A stretch of 62,293 nt of DNA, the filler included, from Basidiobolus ranarum (taxonomy: Eukaryota): assembly GCA_040143965.1 (NCBI GenBank). It is 7 parts of 7 records of this genome, joined end to end, with 100 filler letters (N's around TTAATTAATTAA, not from the genome) between each part and the next. Parts side by side here need not be neighbours in the genome. Positions count along the whole stretch, not along the records: positions 17,864 to 26,691 come from JASJQH010007791.1; positions 26,792 to 35,597 come from JASJQH010007792.1; positions 35,698 to 44,501 come from JASJQH010007793.1; 4 more parts are not named here. One strand, given 5' to 3'. Positions 25,923 to 38,692 of this stretch are shown piece after piece. The number at the start of each line of letters is the position of its first letter. Within the stretch, counting starts at the first letter, position 1. A program made the position numbers and the translations under genes. The notes under the pieces were generated by a model. It made no database searches and was not told the DNA's origin. It worked only from the letters and a program-made list of their open reading frames with translations.

Positions 25923-26581
25923 ATGGATCCCTTGAGCCCTTTGAATTTAACTCGGGAAGAATATTCCGATTTGGGTCAGCAATTAAATAACGCGTTAATT
26001 TCACCCATGTCCCCGACTCACGAACAACTCGACACCACATCTAACAATAATCCAGCCGAAAAAACAAGTCTATCGCTATTTACAAACTTACCTTCAGAAA
26101 ACTCTTCAGTGAACCTAAATTCCCCCACTATTTTTTCAAATCCCAACTTAACTTCACAAACATCTATAAGAAGTACTAATTCAACCACCATACTCAGTCC
26201 GAATCTCGAAAATCCCAGGTTAATTGTTTCCATAAACCGCTCGATTAGTGAGTGTTTTAGAGGAATGTCGTTGACGTGAATTAACCCTATTAATATATCA
26301 CTAGTGGCGAGCATAAACTTTCTTCACCCAAATATTTGGAGGTTCCAAATCTGACTTCAAGTACACTTTTCTACGATATCCCCAACGTAACGCATATCTA
26401 TAGTAGAAACAATGTTTTGTCATGAGTGTTAATTCCTTTGTAAAAATCGTTTTCTCGTCAGAATGACCCTCTTACCGATATGCTTACTCGACATGCTACT
26501 ACGGACCACCGAAGACGTTCATTATCGGTTAAAAAACCGTTTGATAACCGAGAAGATCTAGAAGCTGTGTATGAGATGATG
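25923..26581 (+). CDS. 5' exons of an unknown gene (weak guess: TRAPPC12-like); truncated by spacer
   Basis: Ser/Pro-rich first exon, GT-AG introns at about 26219-26304 and in the 26420-26461 area, exon DPLTDMLTRH...EAVYEMM followed by GTAAG. Confidence 0.45.
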
Positions 26582-26804
26582 GTAAGAGATGGAGCTGCGC
26601 CACTTCATATTTAATCTACAGTAGAGCTGAGGGGGGGGAGCGGGGGGGGGGGGTGGGGGGGCCGTTGGGGGGGGGCGCGGGGCGGGGCGCGNNNNNNNNN
26701 NNNNNNNNNNNNNNNNNNNNNNNNNNNNNNNNNNNTTAATTAATTAANNNNNNNNNNNNNNNNNNNNNNNNNNNNNNNNNNNNNNNNNNNNTATCGAGCA
26801 GATC

Positions 26805-29135
26805 AGTAGATCTCAATCGACCCCTGCCATATGAAATACAGCTGTACATCCATCACATTCAGGAGAAACATTCGATATCGGCTACATTAGGCAGCTACGT
26901 TTCATGACTTATGAAAAATAATAAAAGTGATATCGCTTGAAACACTCACCATGAAGGTTCACCACCTGCTTACTCTATATATAGCGTGAACTGAATAGTT
27001 ATTCGATAGCATAGCCCCGGCAGTCTGAGGCAAGCTGGGTTCCCATTACCATTCCCATTCCCATCCATATTCTTCTATCTCTAATACTCTAAATTCGAAT
27101 CCAGCTCCGCCTACCTGTCTGCGATTGACATCAAATATGGTGTTTGAAATACGGGGTACGAATCTAACTGCTAGTTTCATGATACGCAGTCAAGCACGTG
27201 AGCACATGTACTTTCTGAGAGCAATGAGAAGGCATGAGCACGAAGTAGAGGACCCGTACTTCGTCACGTAGCATGGGATGATTGTTGGCACCTCAACCCT
27301 GGGTGCTTCCAGCAGGATGTTTTTGTAAGCCGAAGCTTGGCGTACAGGGAACTTGTTAAACCCACCCATTCATCAATTCTGGATTGAGATCACGGGCCAT
27401 CATGGTCCCTCGAACCAGTTACATGATTGGTTGTTGAAATTCAATCTAGCTACTGTTAGAAACATTGAGTTCATCCACAACACCCTATGGAAGCTAACTG
27501 AGCTGCACTATAGTTTGAGACCATTTTAATTTTACTTGTTGAGTCAGTCGGAAAGAACCGGATTCTTATCTACGCACAATGCCTCCACGTTGAGATGAGG
27601 CTTCATCAAGTAGGCATGGAATTAGGATCTCGATTGATTTCTGGTATATTAACGAAGATGGGGTTTTTAAACTGGTATGAATTTGATTCATCATGGATGC
27701 TATAGATTAAGCGATCACCCAATCTCGATCAAGTCATGTTTCCTGGACAGTATTCTCTAGAGTTGGTGCGGAACGACGATCTCGCTTGTTGTGCCTCAAC
27801 AAATAGGTTTCCATACGGAACACTCACGACCATCAGTCCCACAGATGTGAGATGCCTGGGCACATTCTCATCACCACTCTACAAATAGAAAGCTGTGTTG
27901 AGTTTAGCTAGGGAAGGTGATGCCGTTTAAGATGAAAGAGAAGACCTACATATCTTATCTCGTCAGTAGGCCAACGTGTGGACTTGCTTGATGTGGATTG
28001 ATGTGTTCTCTCTTGATGACGGTAAGGTGCTCAGATCGAGTTTTGTCGATGTTCCAATGGAGGCCAACAATTATCGACTCTAGGAGTGTGTTGAAAGTTG
28101 AAGTTTCGCTTGACATTAACCTTTATCCATTGGGGTTTGCTTTGAGCCCCACTGGGCTCGATTAAGCCAATAACCAGTATTGAATCCAGCTGAGAGCCAG
28201 TCAGCTCTATTCGGTAACAAGACACACAGCAGGGATGTCAATCCACTCCAAAGAATATCGAGAGGTTGGCAGTACTTTGTTCAGCCCTCCATTACATATA
28301 TTGAGGTATTGTTTATGAATGTTGCCAAAATAGGGGCAATCATGTAAGATTGCACCAGCAATTGATTTAAGCAACACATAATTGAGCATAAATTTCTTTG
28401 GAGGCAAGTCACTTGATATGTAAATAAGCCACGGGACTAGTTTTCATTTAAGCAGGCTTGGTGTGAAGGATTGTCGAGAATATGGATGTAGGGGATTTGT
28501 TTCGGATGAAATGAAATCTGGTTTGACTAACATGTAATCTTAACTGATTTGGCCTTTATCAAAGACATCCTTCATTTACCCCTAGCACCTGATGCTTTGA
28601 GAGGATTGAGGGTCCACCTCAGATATTGAAAGTAGCAGACGGTCGGAGAAGTGCCACTTGATGGCCTTTCCTCTTCAGTGCTGAGTACTCACACTACTTT
28701 GACTGAATCACGCCGTCAGGGCTCATGGTTACTTGCAAACAGAATCGGTAGCTTGGCCTTGATTTGGTCTGGGCTTATATCCATCGCCTCTTTAAAAGTA
28801 AATCACTTAAAGAAGAGCATGATACCACAGTTGAAAGTCTCCTTTAATATTCAACAAACTCCTCGATTAATAAACTTACACGCACGATCTCCGTTAATAT
28901 TCTTATTTTTCTGTAAAACCTTTGCCGGGATCGTGATCAGAATCCATTGGATATCTTCACTATTACTTGGAGAAAGGATTGTTACTTGCATTCAACTCAA
29001 GTAAGGAACTAAGAATGAACTGATCCGTATGTCCAAGACCTGAAGCATTGATCTTGTCTGGCGTGGGTATCTGAGGTTGTGAGATGTTCAGATATGACCT
29101 ACTATGGCAGGCGGTGTGAGGTTATGTAAGCATGT
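26805..29135 (-). pseudogene. Probable multi-exon pseudogene of unknown family
   Basis: Coding-like frames flanked by GT/AG sites but interrupted by TAA, TAG and TGA stops (e.g. ...EIEEYGWEWEW*WEPSLP..., ...PAVCLVTE*S*LALSWIQYW...). Confidence 0.35.
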
Positions 29136-30512
29136 CTAATGTAGACATAGCTGGCTTGACTATTGTTGTATATATTAGGAGACAGTGGGGGTCGATATTT
29201 TTGTTATTACTCACTAAAGAATCCATGCATTGTTCGCCAATTGCACGGGTTCCACTTTAGCACTTTTCGGGTGTATCATTTTGTCATATCTCAAAATGTC
29301 TAGGAATACAAGCATGTACATGACTTTAACAACAGTGGAAGGCCTTCTAATGGAGATTGGAAGCGGCTAAAAACTGAATCGGAGCTTGCGGGGATTGTGT
29401 GAGCCAAGTGGAAATATAGCGGCAACAATACAACATAATGCAGCAGATGGCTGACGATATGCGCCTGAGAGAAAGCCTTCCTTTGTAGCAAGCTGCTTTA
29501 CATTTCCTACTTCTACTTGCCGTCTTGAGGATATATCTATTCAGAGTATAATAATACTACTCAGTCATATCGAGAGATTAATCCAAGCACTTCAGACAAT
29601 AAATATGAGACAGGAATTCCAACCAAGCTTATGTATTACTTAGATCTCTCATATCTTCCGCCCTTTGACTTGGCTTATTATACAAATGAGATATCTCAGC
29701 CTACCTATAACTAATTGGAGCTCACACAAAATTGGCATATCAAACAGAAAACAGCCTGTGCTTTAATTGAATAATTGATCAACGCCCGCATGCATCCACC
29801 AGGGGAAAGTTTTGCTTGACATCAGCAGTTGGGATTTGGCCTAAAGACAACGGAGTCAATTTCGCTCAGTCTTTCTTTCATCACTGTGCCTACCGCTAGA
29901 TCTTTGATATCTTTATTGATCTGAGCTTTGTGTCTCAAAGAAAGGAATCCCATTTTAGCAGTGATGGCCTGTATCCAAGAATAAGCATTTGAGCTCAAAG
30001 TGGGAACATACCAAAGAGCATTTATGCATGACCTATGATATACACGATAGTCTTAGTTACATCCTCTCTAATCGATAAAACAAGTAATAGAGTCGATAAT
30101 ACCAGTAGCATTCATTAGCATAACCATTCATTCTTTGTACCTTGTAGGAATGGTGATGTCAGAAATTCTTTGGTTTAGACGATCTAGAAAAGGCGTATAA
30201 TACAAGGTAAAATCAGATTAGGGAATAACACATCATACCTTACCAGTTGCATGAAAGTAGTTAAATTTAAGTAATGGATTCTTCGAACTCTATGACAGAT
30301 CTAAAATGCTTGTTAATATAAATAGTAAACTCTATTTACAGCCTCGCCAGTACAAATAAAAAACATTGACTTCTATGTATGTTTATTTCATCCGACTCAA
30401 GTAATTACTCATCGATTTTCTGATCACTCTAAATCGCTACTCTTCCTTCTTACAGTTCAACAAATCACATCGTCTCTTTACCAGTAAATTAGCAGAACAA
30501 TCGTCGTGGATT

Positions 30513-31131
30513 ATGAAACGCACGCGGGAAAAAGCACCTAATGCTAAAAGCAATAGCATTCCTTCCAAACGTGTGAAGGAAGAAGATAGCTCCACTGGGT
30601 TGGATATTGTACAACAAGGTATATTTCCTCTAAAGATCTTTCTTTTGTTAAATCAATTTATGGACATAATGAATTAAACCTATTTTGGTGGTAGGTAAAA
30701 TTTGTAAAACGACTTGTGCTGATGTTAAACCGATTACCCCATTGTCGGTCTCACCACCATTGTTAAAAAGAGCAGTGATCTTAATTGACCTTGACCAAGC
30801 CGCGCATTTGATCAAAATTATAGATAAGCCCATACCAAACGTGGAGGTACACTTGTTTGCCGGACCTACTTTTCCTGATCACAAACTTGGGTATGCTGAG
30901 CTTCATCGTACAGAGAGACGTATTAATGATGCTTCTGATTATGAGCTAGCCTTTTTCGCTTTTAAGAAGCTATTTGAAAAATACTTAGACAACAAAATTG
31001 TATATGTGTACAGCTGTGATCGCGCCCTTGATAATGTATGTCAACTCTTAACAGAGAATGGGGTTGAGAGTACAATGTTGTCTCGCACTTCTTTACTTCA
31101 TGAAGTACTGCAAAAATATTTCACCTCATAG
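30513..31131 (+). CDS. Small PIN/NYN-like domain protein with a basic N-terminus; exons 30513-30618, 30695-31131
   Basis: VILIDLDQ ... DASDYELAF ... VYVYSCDRAL pattern typical of NYN/ZNF451-type PIN folds; phase-1 intron. Confidence 0.65.
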
Positions 31132-31876
31132 GTCCTATACTAGATGTTGATTTCCTATAATTGTGCTCTCAAAACTGCACCAAGCAACAACCAATTTATT
31201 CATCAACGATTGTTAGTTGCTTCATAACTGGTGTTCTCAATTAGTATTTTTCCTGTGAGATGAGATTTTATCAGCCTACCTTTCATACCTTTTTTCTGCA
31301 ATCTTCAATAGAAAATACAACATTTTGACTAGTCGTCAGTTTTTGTTTCTCAACAAAATAGATTTTTCTTGAGTATAAATCTCTGCCTGAAACAGACCTT
31401 AATAACTAATACTTCCTCGATAAAGACTTTGACCAGTAAACGAAAATTCTTGTTTATATAAAGTGGTTATGACTGTTGTGTATTTACACGACTTTACACT
31501 TACATGACAGGAACCATTGCCATTATTGTTAAAAGTATACTGAATAGATAAAAGTCACATGTTGCCTTGGTAACTAGAATGGCACTGTAGTTAAACGTAC
31601 GTATTTTGAAATGGTTCCCTCGCTACAAAGTCGTAACTAGTTGCTTTTACTTCCCCTCCCCTCCTTTTCTAGGCCCAAATCTAGCTACCTTGATTTCACT
31701 AACTAGATGCATAATAAATATGGTTCATAACTGTATTTTAACCTCTGTTTACAACGTATTTTCAGTATATGCTATCTATATATGCTAATCGCCCGAAACA
31801 GACGTAAACAATGCCCGGTACTACTTATAACATAAATTCAATAAAACAATTTAGAAGCACTTCTTACTCTTCTATT

Positions 31877-34800
31877 ATGGATACTAAAAGTAGTTATTGT
31901 AGTTGCGAGTGTGACAAGGCCATGGATGGAATCTGCTGTCTTTTGTGCTTGCTGAGTTTCATTAATCCTGAAAGTTCTTCTACCACACAACCTGTATGGT
32001 ATTAGCATTTTCAATTCAGCTATTCAAACAGGTGCCTAACATTGTAATACAGTTTTTTTCCCCCAGGTATCAAGATGATGATGTGTTTTCATATGAAGAG
32101 CAGGATCAGACGAGTGGAATCAAACTTCCCAGCAACATCAATGAAATTTGGTCTAGACAGGCTCGAAATCTAATATGTACCTCCCACGGACGCACACATA
32201 TTCAACAGTCTCTAAAGTACCTATGCGACGAGATCGTAGGTAAATCCCTTCATTTTCTCTGAAATAAGTGAATATATTTTTGACAATCCTCGCTTAGATG
32301 TTTTAACCTACACCTACGGAGGGCGTAGAAGAGGAGTACTAGTTTATAGAGAACATCTTAAAATATCAGACGCTCTATTTGTAATTCAAGTACTTCCAGC
32401 CCTCCTAGCTCACATTATGAAAGCCATTCAGCTACTAGAGATATCTTTGAAAGCTCCTACCAAAGCCATGCTGAAGGAAATAATTTCAACTATATGTGGT
32501 GTTTTTATGACTGGAATATATAGTTCACAGATCGAGTGGAAGGAACAAGGAGAGACATCTCCTACACGGAATGTTCAATTGGGTAATAGTCTCTTTAGCG
32601 AAAATCAATATCTGTTAATAGAATCTAACTTACATCAACATTCTAGTCATTGTATTACTTGAGCTTCTTGTTCAATTCATACCAAGTAATCCTAAGGTTA
32701 AAGGGATTTTGGAGCTAAACAATGGAGACCAAATCAAGCATTTTGATGTGAAACTTCCCACTAATTTAGTCGATCAAATGGAGAATTTAATAGCTTTGTT
32801 GTTAGACAAAATATGTATCCCGGCGATCCTTGTAACTATGTTTTATTATTTGTATTCTTGGGTCGACTTTAATCGTTGCAACACATCAGGTATCGTTTGA
32901 AAACTCTATGGATATTTTGAAGGAGAAATCTTTCTTGAAATTGCTCACATTATTGGAGAAATATCTACTTCTAATATCAACAAATCCCAAGTCTCTCTAT
33001 AGATATTCATCAAACCCTAGAGAGGCTCTAGTATTGAAGCTGGGTATTTATATGAATTAACTGCTCTTCAATTCGTATAGCTTAACTTTTTTGAAGTTTC
33101 CTCAGGGTTCTTTGAGCTGTGTTTAAATTTGAAGAAACAGTTTCTGGGAGATCAGAATACTTTGCAATCTGCACCACAACAGCATAACGCCTATACACTT
33201 TTTGATGCTGTATCTATAGGAATAATTTACAATATGAATATCCACTGCCTGAGCAAATATCATTATGCATTACCAGAATTTCAACACCCTTACATATATG
33301 CGTGGATTCTGGGTATTGGTACTATTCGTGAAGAATCATACAAAATTGGTACTAAATGAATGTTTTCAAGGGCCCGTGAAAGATATGATTTGGAAACTAA
33401 GAGAAATGAAGCAAACAGATGCACTGGATATAAACTTTCAACAGGCCATTATCACTCCTTTGTTCATTCTTTCAACACAAGATTGCCTTCGGTAAGTGCT
33501 TTAAATTAAAATCTGATGGAATTGTACAATAACCATATATATGTATAGCTCCAAAGCTCCAGAGACGGACTTGATTGAAAACCTATCTCACTACACTGTT
33601 AATCATTCGAAATTAGAAGCCATCGGAATGAAAAGTTTTCTGCAACTTCTGTATATTCTTCTTGTAACATCAACTTTAAACTACCAATATTACTAGAAAT
33701 ATAATATTGACCTCTAAGTATGTAGGACTGTGATAACTGTTGTGATGGCTCAGAAGGTATCTGATCAAGTCATCATTCCTGAGTGTGAACAATCATTGAT
33801 TTCTCAGCAGCTTTACATATTTCCAAGCCACTGACATATGCCAAGATCGTGCAAGCATTTATCGTGATGTTAAAGAACCATAACCACTCCACTAACGAAG
33901 GTTCACTTTGTGATCCTTCATCTTGCCCAATGAATCTACTGGTTCATAATGGACATACGTATTACCCTTGGATATGGCAAGCTCTAGTGGAGAAGGGAAC
34001 CTTTAGTCCTCTGGCTGGGAAGTTGGTCTGTACCCAATAACTCTTCTTTCGATATGTTTGCGTACTTACTTTACTTTAGATCTTACATTGTATTGAAATC
34101 AAGTCGATGATGCCAACTAAAGATAAAGATAAATTTGGCATCGAAATCAAATATCTCCTCTCCAATCCTAACGTTGATACATTACTTGTAAGTAGTGAAA
34201 CTATTGGCATGACAACTATATTACTCTTTGACCATTCTATCATCTAGGATACGGTTAAAGCTTTAAATTTGTCGGATGAAAATAGAAAATGTTTCATGCT
34301 GGTGTGTCAAATAATCTCAGATGTTATACGCAACAGAGAACTTGCAAATGCGGATGCAAGAGTCAATACCGCATCACCAGATCTGGTGAAGCTATGGGAA
34401 ATGATTATTAGCCAATGGGTGCCAAACGCATCCTTCCCTATACCATGTAAAACCTCAACAATCCACCCTATAGTCAATTCCGAAACTAAAAAGAAAATTG
34501 ATACAGGGCGTGACAAATTAAATAAGCTCATCATAGATATCTGTAAGCACGTATCAAATTGCGAGTGTTTGAGAGCGATCAACATAAATATCCAACCAAG
34601 TAAGTCATTTTACTATTACACAAAAGTCAACTAAACTGACAAGATTCACATTGTAGCAATTGATCTTACTTTAAGGTGGGACACCACTATAATATATTTC
34701 ACATTTTGTTGGTTCAAGCACAAATATGTATAACTTATATTAGGTGGATACAAGAAGTGAATGTACTTCTAACTAAAGTTGCGCAACAAAACTTCTCTAA

Positions 34801-35516
34801 TGAAGAGTTTATGGACTGCTCCAGTAACGAGCAATTGTACATCTCTCTGACCAAATATTTGAAAGGGCTGTGTGGTATATTGAATTTTTTTAATATTTTA
34901 ATCAACTTCCAATCTACTTTACCCTTGGAGGAAGAGTATAAAGGTAAGGTTGGGATATGTCTGATATATTAGCTCTCTTCATTAATACCTTCTTAGTAAT
35001 ACATCAGGCCTTGCAACATCCAAATTTTCTCGGTTCACTAAAGCATTGGTGTTACGATATGATTTCCAAATCCAATCATGAAATGTTTGCCACAGTAGCA
35101 TCTACTGGGCTTCAGTTAATACATTCAATTCAAACAAGCGATATATTTCAAGTTTAGTTTGGGTTCTGATTTTGATAAACCCTCTTTATACTGATCCATT
35201 ACGATTTGTTAACAACGTAGATGAACTGGGCATTACGAAACTTCATTGATTTGACTAACGTCACGCGTTTGATATTGGAAAAAGACCTACGTTGGCCTGT
35301 ATTCAGTGAGTGCTATTTCATTCATCTGTGTAAGTTCAAACGCATCAACTGGTTTAGTTTCATTGGTTCGTATACTTTCGTCAGAGATCAGATATGAAGC
35401 CAACTACAATCAATTGGGATCAAGTAACCTTGGAGGTTTTCGCCTTGAACCAATGGATAATCAAGCTGTTGCAGCCGATAATGGTGTAGAACTGAAGGAG
35501 AATACCTTTGTTATGG
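31877..35516 (+). CDS. Large multi-exon (more than 12 exons) helical/ARM-like protein, MEI1/PRD1-like; ends approximate and 3' end possibly cut by spacer
   Basis: Chain of short ORFs joined by 50-80 nt GT-AG introns (e.g. 33044-33096); several segments are colinear with my recollection of vertebrate MEI1. Confidence 0.6.
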
Positions 35517-35697
35517 TTTGGATTCGTATCATCAACGTGTGTAGTAGTCAGGTAGAGTATACGAATTGATTTGTAATATTCTTTGAGATAAATATTTNNN
35601 NNNNNNNNNNNNNNNNNNNNNNNNNNNNNNNNNNNNNNNNNTTAATTAATTAANNNNNNNNNNNNNNNNNNNNNNNNNNNNNNNNNNNNNNNNNNNN

Positions 35698-36480
35698 GAT
35701 CTATAACAGGATACTTATTTTGTTGCTGTAATGGAGCTTTTTCTGGGAATTCAAAGAAACAACCTACTGTAGCACTTTCAAAAACAGAAGCAGAATACAT
35801 GGCAGCCTGTCAAGCAGCAAAAGAAGCAATATGGTTAAGAAAACTCTTAACTGATTTAGGTTATTCTCAAAATTCATCAACTACAATATTTCAAGATAAT
35901 CAAAGTTGTATCAAATTTGCTAAAAATCCCACATTTCATAATAGAAGCAAACATATAGATATCAAGCATCACTTCATCAGAGAGACTATAGAGAATAAGT
36001 TTATTGACTTAACTTATTGTTATACAGAAGACATGATTGCTAATATATTAACCAAACCATTAGCTAGACAAAAGTTTGAGAAATTTAGACCTTTATTAGA
36101 ATTAGTTAATATGACTATTTAGTTGAGGGAGAGTGTTGAAATTAGCATTGCCTAAACATCTGTATAGTCATATATAGCTTATACTTAGTTATCTCATATT
36201 TCACTAAGATATTATCCATTATTCTCAATCGGAATTTACTTAGAATATTTTTACCAACTTAGAAGTTCTCAGATATATGGATTTTTCAAACTTGTGCTAG
36301 AAGCCCCAAACTTTGCACACATGTTCCTAGGACCTTCCTTAACACATTCTACACATTTGTTTGCTTACATCTTGACAAAACTATAAATGTCAACTTTCTA
36401 CTCAATAAATCAATAAGTGAAAACTACCAATTCCTCTAATCCTCCAAACCACTTCCAACAGGCTCCCAAATACTTTAACA
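35698..36480 (+). mobile_element. 3' end of a copia family-A element: RNase H, PPT and a full 3' LTR (36134-36480)
   Basis: SKKQPTVALSKTEAEYMAA...QDNQS...HNRSKHIDIKHHFIRE...LTKPL; AGTTGAGGGAGAG then a 347-bp TG...CA LTR. Confidence 0.95.
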
Positions 36481-37049
36481 AGGCATGTCATAAGTTGACC
36501 ATTGATATATTTATGTATGTAAGAGGGACAATAACAGGAGTGTACAATATTGGTGTTTCTGCTTCACAGTGATGCATATTGATACTAACCTTTAGAGAGA
36601 TGAAGTTTTCTATAGTACTAGCAAAGATGGAGGAAACATATGATGAGACTTGGCCTGGCTTTAAAGTCTAAGGTCTTCTTGACTTATCAGTAATATGGTC
36701 AAATACTAGTGTAGTAATGAAGATAAAGTCAGATGCTAATATGAGAATACTCAAGACTGTTATTGCATTTTGATAAAATGAACAATTAACTGGCTTCAAG
36801 GTTCATATTTTTATGTTGAAAATTTTTGTCTCTTATCATTACCTTAGGTGAAACTTGATCCACAATGATTACTTGGGATATTACCCTTTACGACTCATGC
36901 TAGGAGGACTTCTTTGCCTGGTACCCCTCCCCAAATGATATATTTGATATCCAGTCTCTACATTTGATCATCAGATTCAAGAATCCCATTTACACCTTGA
37001 CCAATAGAACTCGTCTCCTAAATATTGTTTTCGACGTAGGAGGGATCAG

Positions 37050-37475
37050 CAGTACCAGTATGCTCTGAATTAGTATATATGTAAATAGTCGGTAGTCTAG
37101 AGTACCTGATACTGCTTTCAAATTAAACCGGTTCTTTCTATTGGAGATATGATGCTCGAGTGCTTCCGATAAACCACTACTATTACTACTTTGACAAATA
37201 TCAGAAGCAGGGACAGGGATTGATGTTTTTCCTATATTTCCACTCACTCCAATCAATATTCTTTATACAACCTCGAAGTCCTCTAACGGATATGATTTCT
37301 GCGAAGGGAAGGTGTGCAAACTCTAGCTATGTGAAGATTCAGAAGAATAAGCATGTTGAACTAGTACCTTCCCATCTCATGAGAAGTGTTTCGTGATTTA
37401 CACTCTATCGGAGAAGTGAATTCGAACAGGATCAACTAATAACGGTTGGGTTGGATGAGAATATCCAGCAGGCAT
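37050..37475 (-). pseudogene. Possible disrupted gene
   Basis: One frame from ATG 37475 (MPAGYSHP...) to a GT donor near 37104, containing four in-frame stops. Confidence 0.25.
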
Positions 37476-38692
37476 TTTAGGACATTGCTTTGAGGTGTAA
37501 TAAATTGGGCATAACGTAGTTAACGTGTACGTAAAAATCAGATTTGATGAAGGTCAAGCAAGAGAAACATAGAAATTGTCGGTGTACGCGCGTTAGAATT
37601 CTAAGCATTCAATCTTGTTACTCAGGATTTGTTGGTGGATGACAACCCAACCCAACGTTCATTTCGAAATTCCTTTAAGCACGAATAAATAGCAGTGAGT
37701 GGGGAGGGCCGTTGAAAACCAGTTTGTTATTTGTTTTGTAATATATTGAGTGAGGGAACGATTAATAGTTTTATAGCCTCACAGTCTAGGATTTCTCTAA
37801 TATATCGTATTGTATCAATCTTTAACGATAATAGTCGTGGTTCAAAGACCAGACTTGGAATATTACGCTTCTTGTTCAAAGAGAGAATAGCGTGAGTTAT
37901 CTGCGCCTAGGATTGGTCCACTGCTACATGAAAAAGTCTAAACTATTATGCCTAAAGAGTCAATGTAACGTCAATCTCCTATCAACGCTATGTATACGCC
38001 ACCGCCATTACAAAGTCTGACATTGGCACGAGAAGACATTTATCTAGAATCTTGATCGAGTATATGCGCATAGACATTGACTGTCCACCATGATAAATCG
38101 ATTTTAGATAGGTTAATCATCCGCTTGGCATCCACTCAAGACTTGGAGAGTCCACGCGCCATGAGCTCAGCTTGTGGACAGTAGGTACACCTAGATTTGC
38201 ATTGAATCTCCTTAATAGACCGGGGCCAGCCATAATCCATGAGCGAAGGCCAAAGAACGTGTCTTTTTCTTCAATCGTTCGTGTTCTCTACATTATATGA
38301 CCCGTCCTGTTTCTGGGAACATCGTCGATTTTTCTAATTTCCGAGTCCAGCCAAGGGTGGTATGACGTCAGAAGTTCCATCTGGTGAACCTCAGTCGTTT
38401 ACATTTAACACATGATGGTGCGACAAGATAGGCGCTTACCTTTAAGTCAGTCTGACTAGTTTAAATTGTTTCATTACCAAGTGGATGAGTGAATTTAATA
38501 AACGATCGGCCCACCTCCTCGGCTCCGGCCCTGCCCCACCGAATGTCCACAGCCAATCAAGTAAGTGATTGGCCTGCCCCCCTTTTCTCCCTGCTCAACC
38601 CCAGGAGAGTATCCACAATACAGACGGTGCTTAAGTGTACACTCGAGGGAGCGTCACTTGCACAATTTCTTGTATTCTATACGGTCATAGAA

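Noticed and set aside
26630-26691. G-rich tract with G-quadruplex potential
   Set aside because: Lies at a contig end next to a spacer; most likely low-quality read-end sequence.
26805-29135. In-frame TGA codons as possible selenocysteine or stop-codon reassignment
   Set aside because: TAA, TAG and TGA all interrupt the frames, and intact genes in the window use the standard code.
32640-32662. HSSHCIT in the ORF track resembling an MEI1 segment
   Set aside because: It spans an intron end and is out of frame with the spliced exon, so it was not used as evidence.
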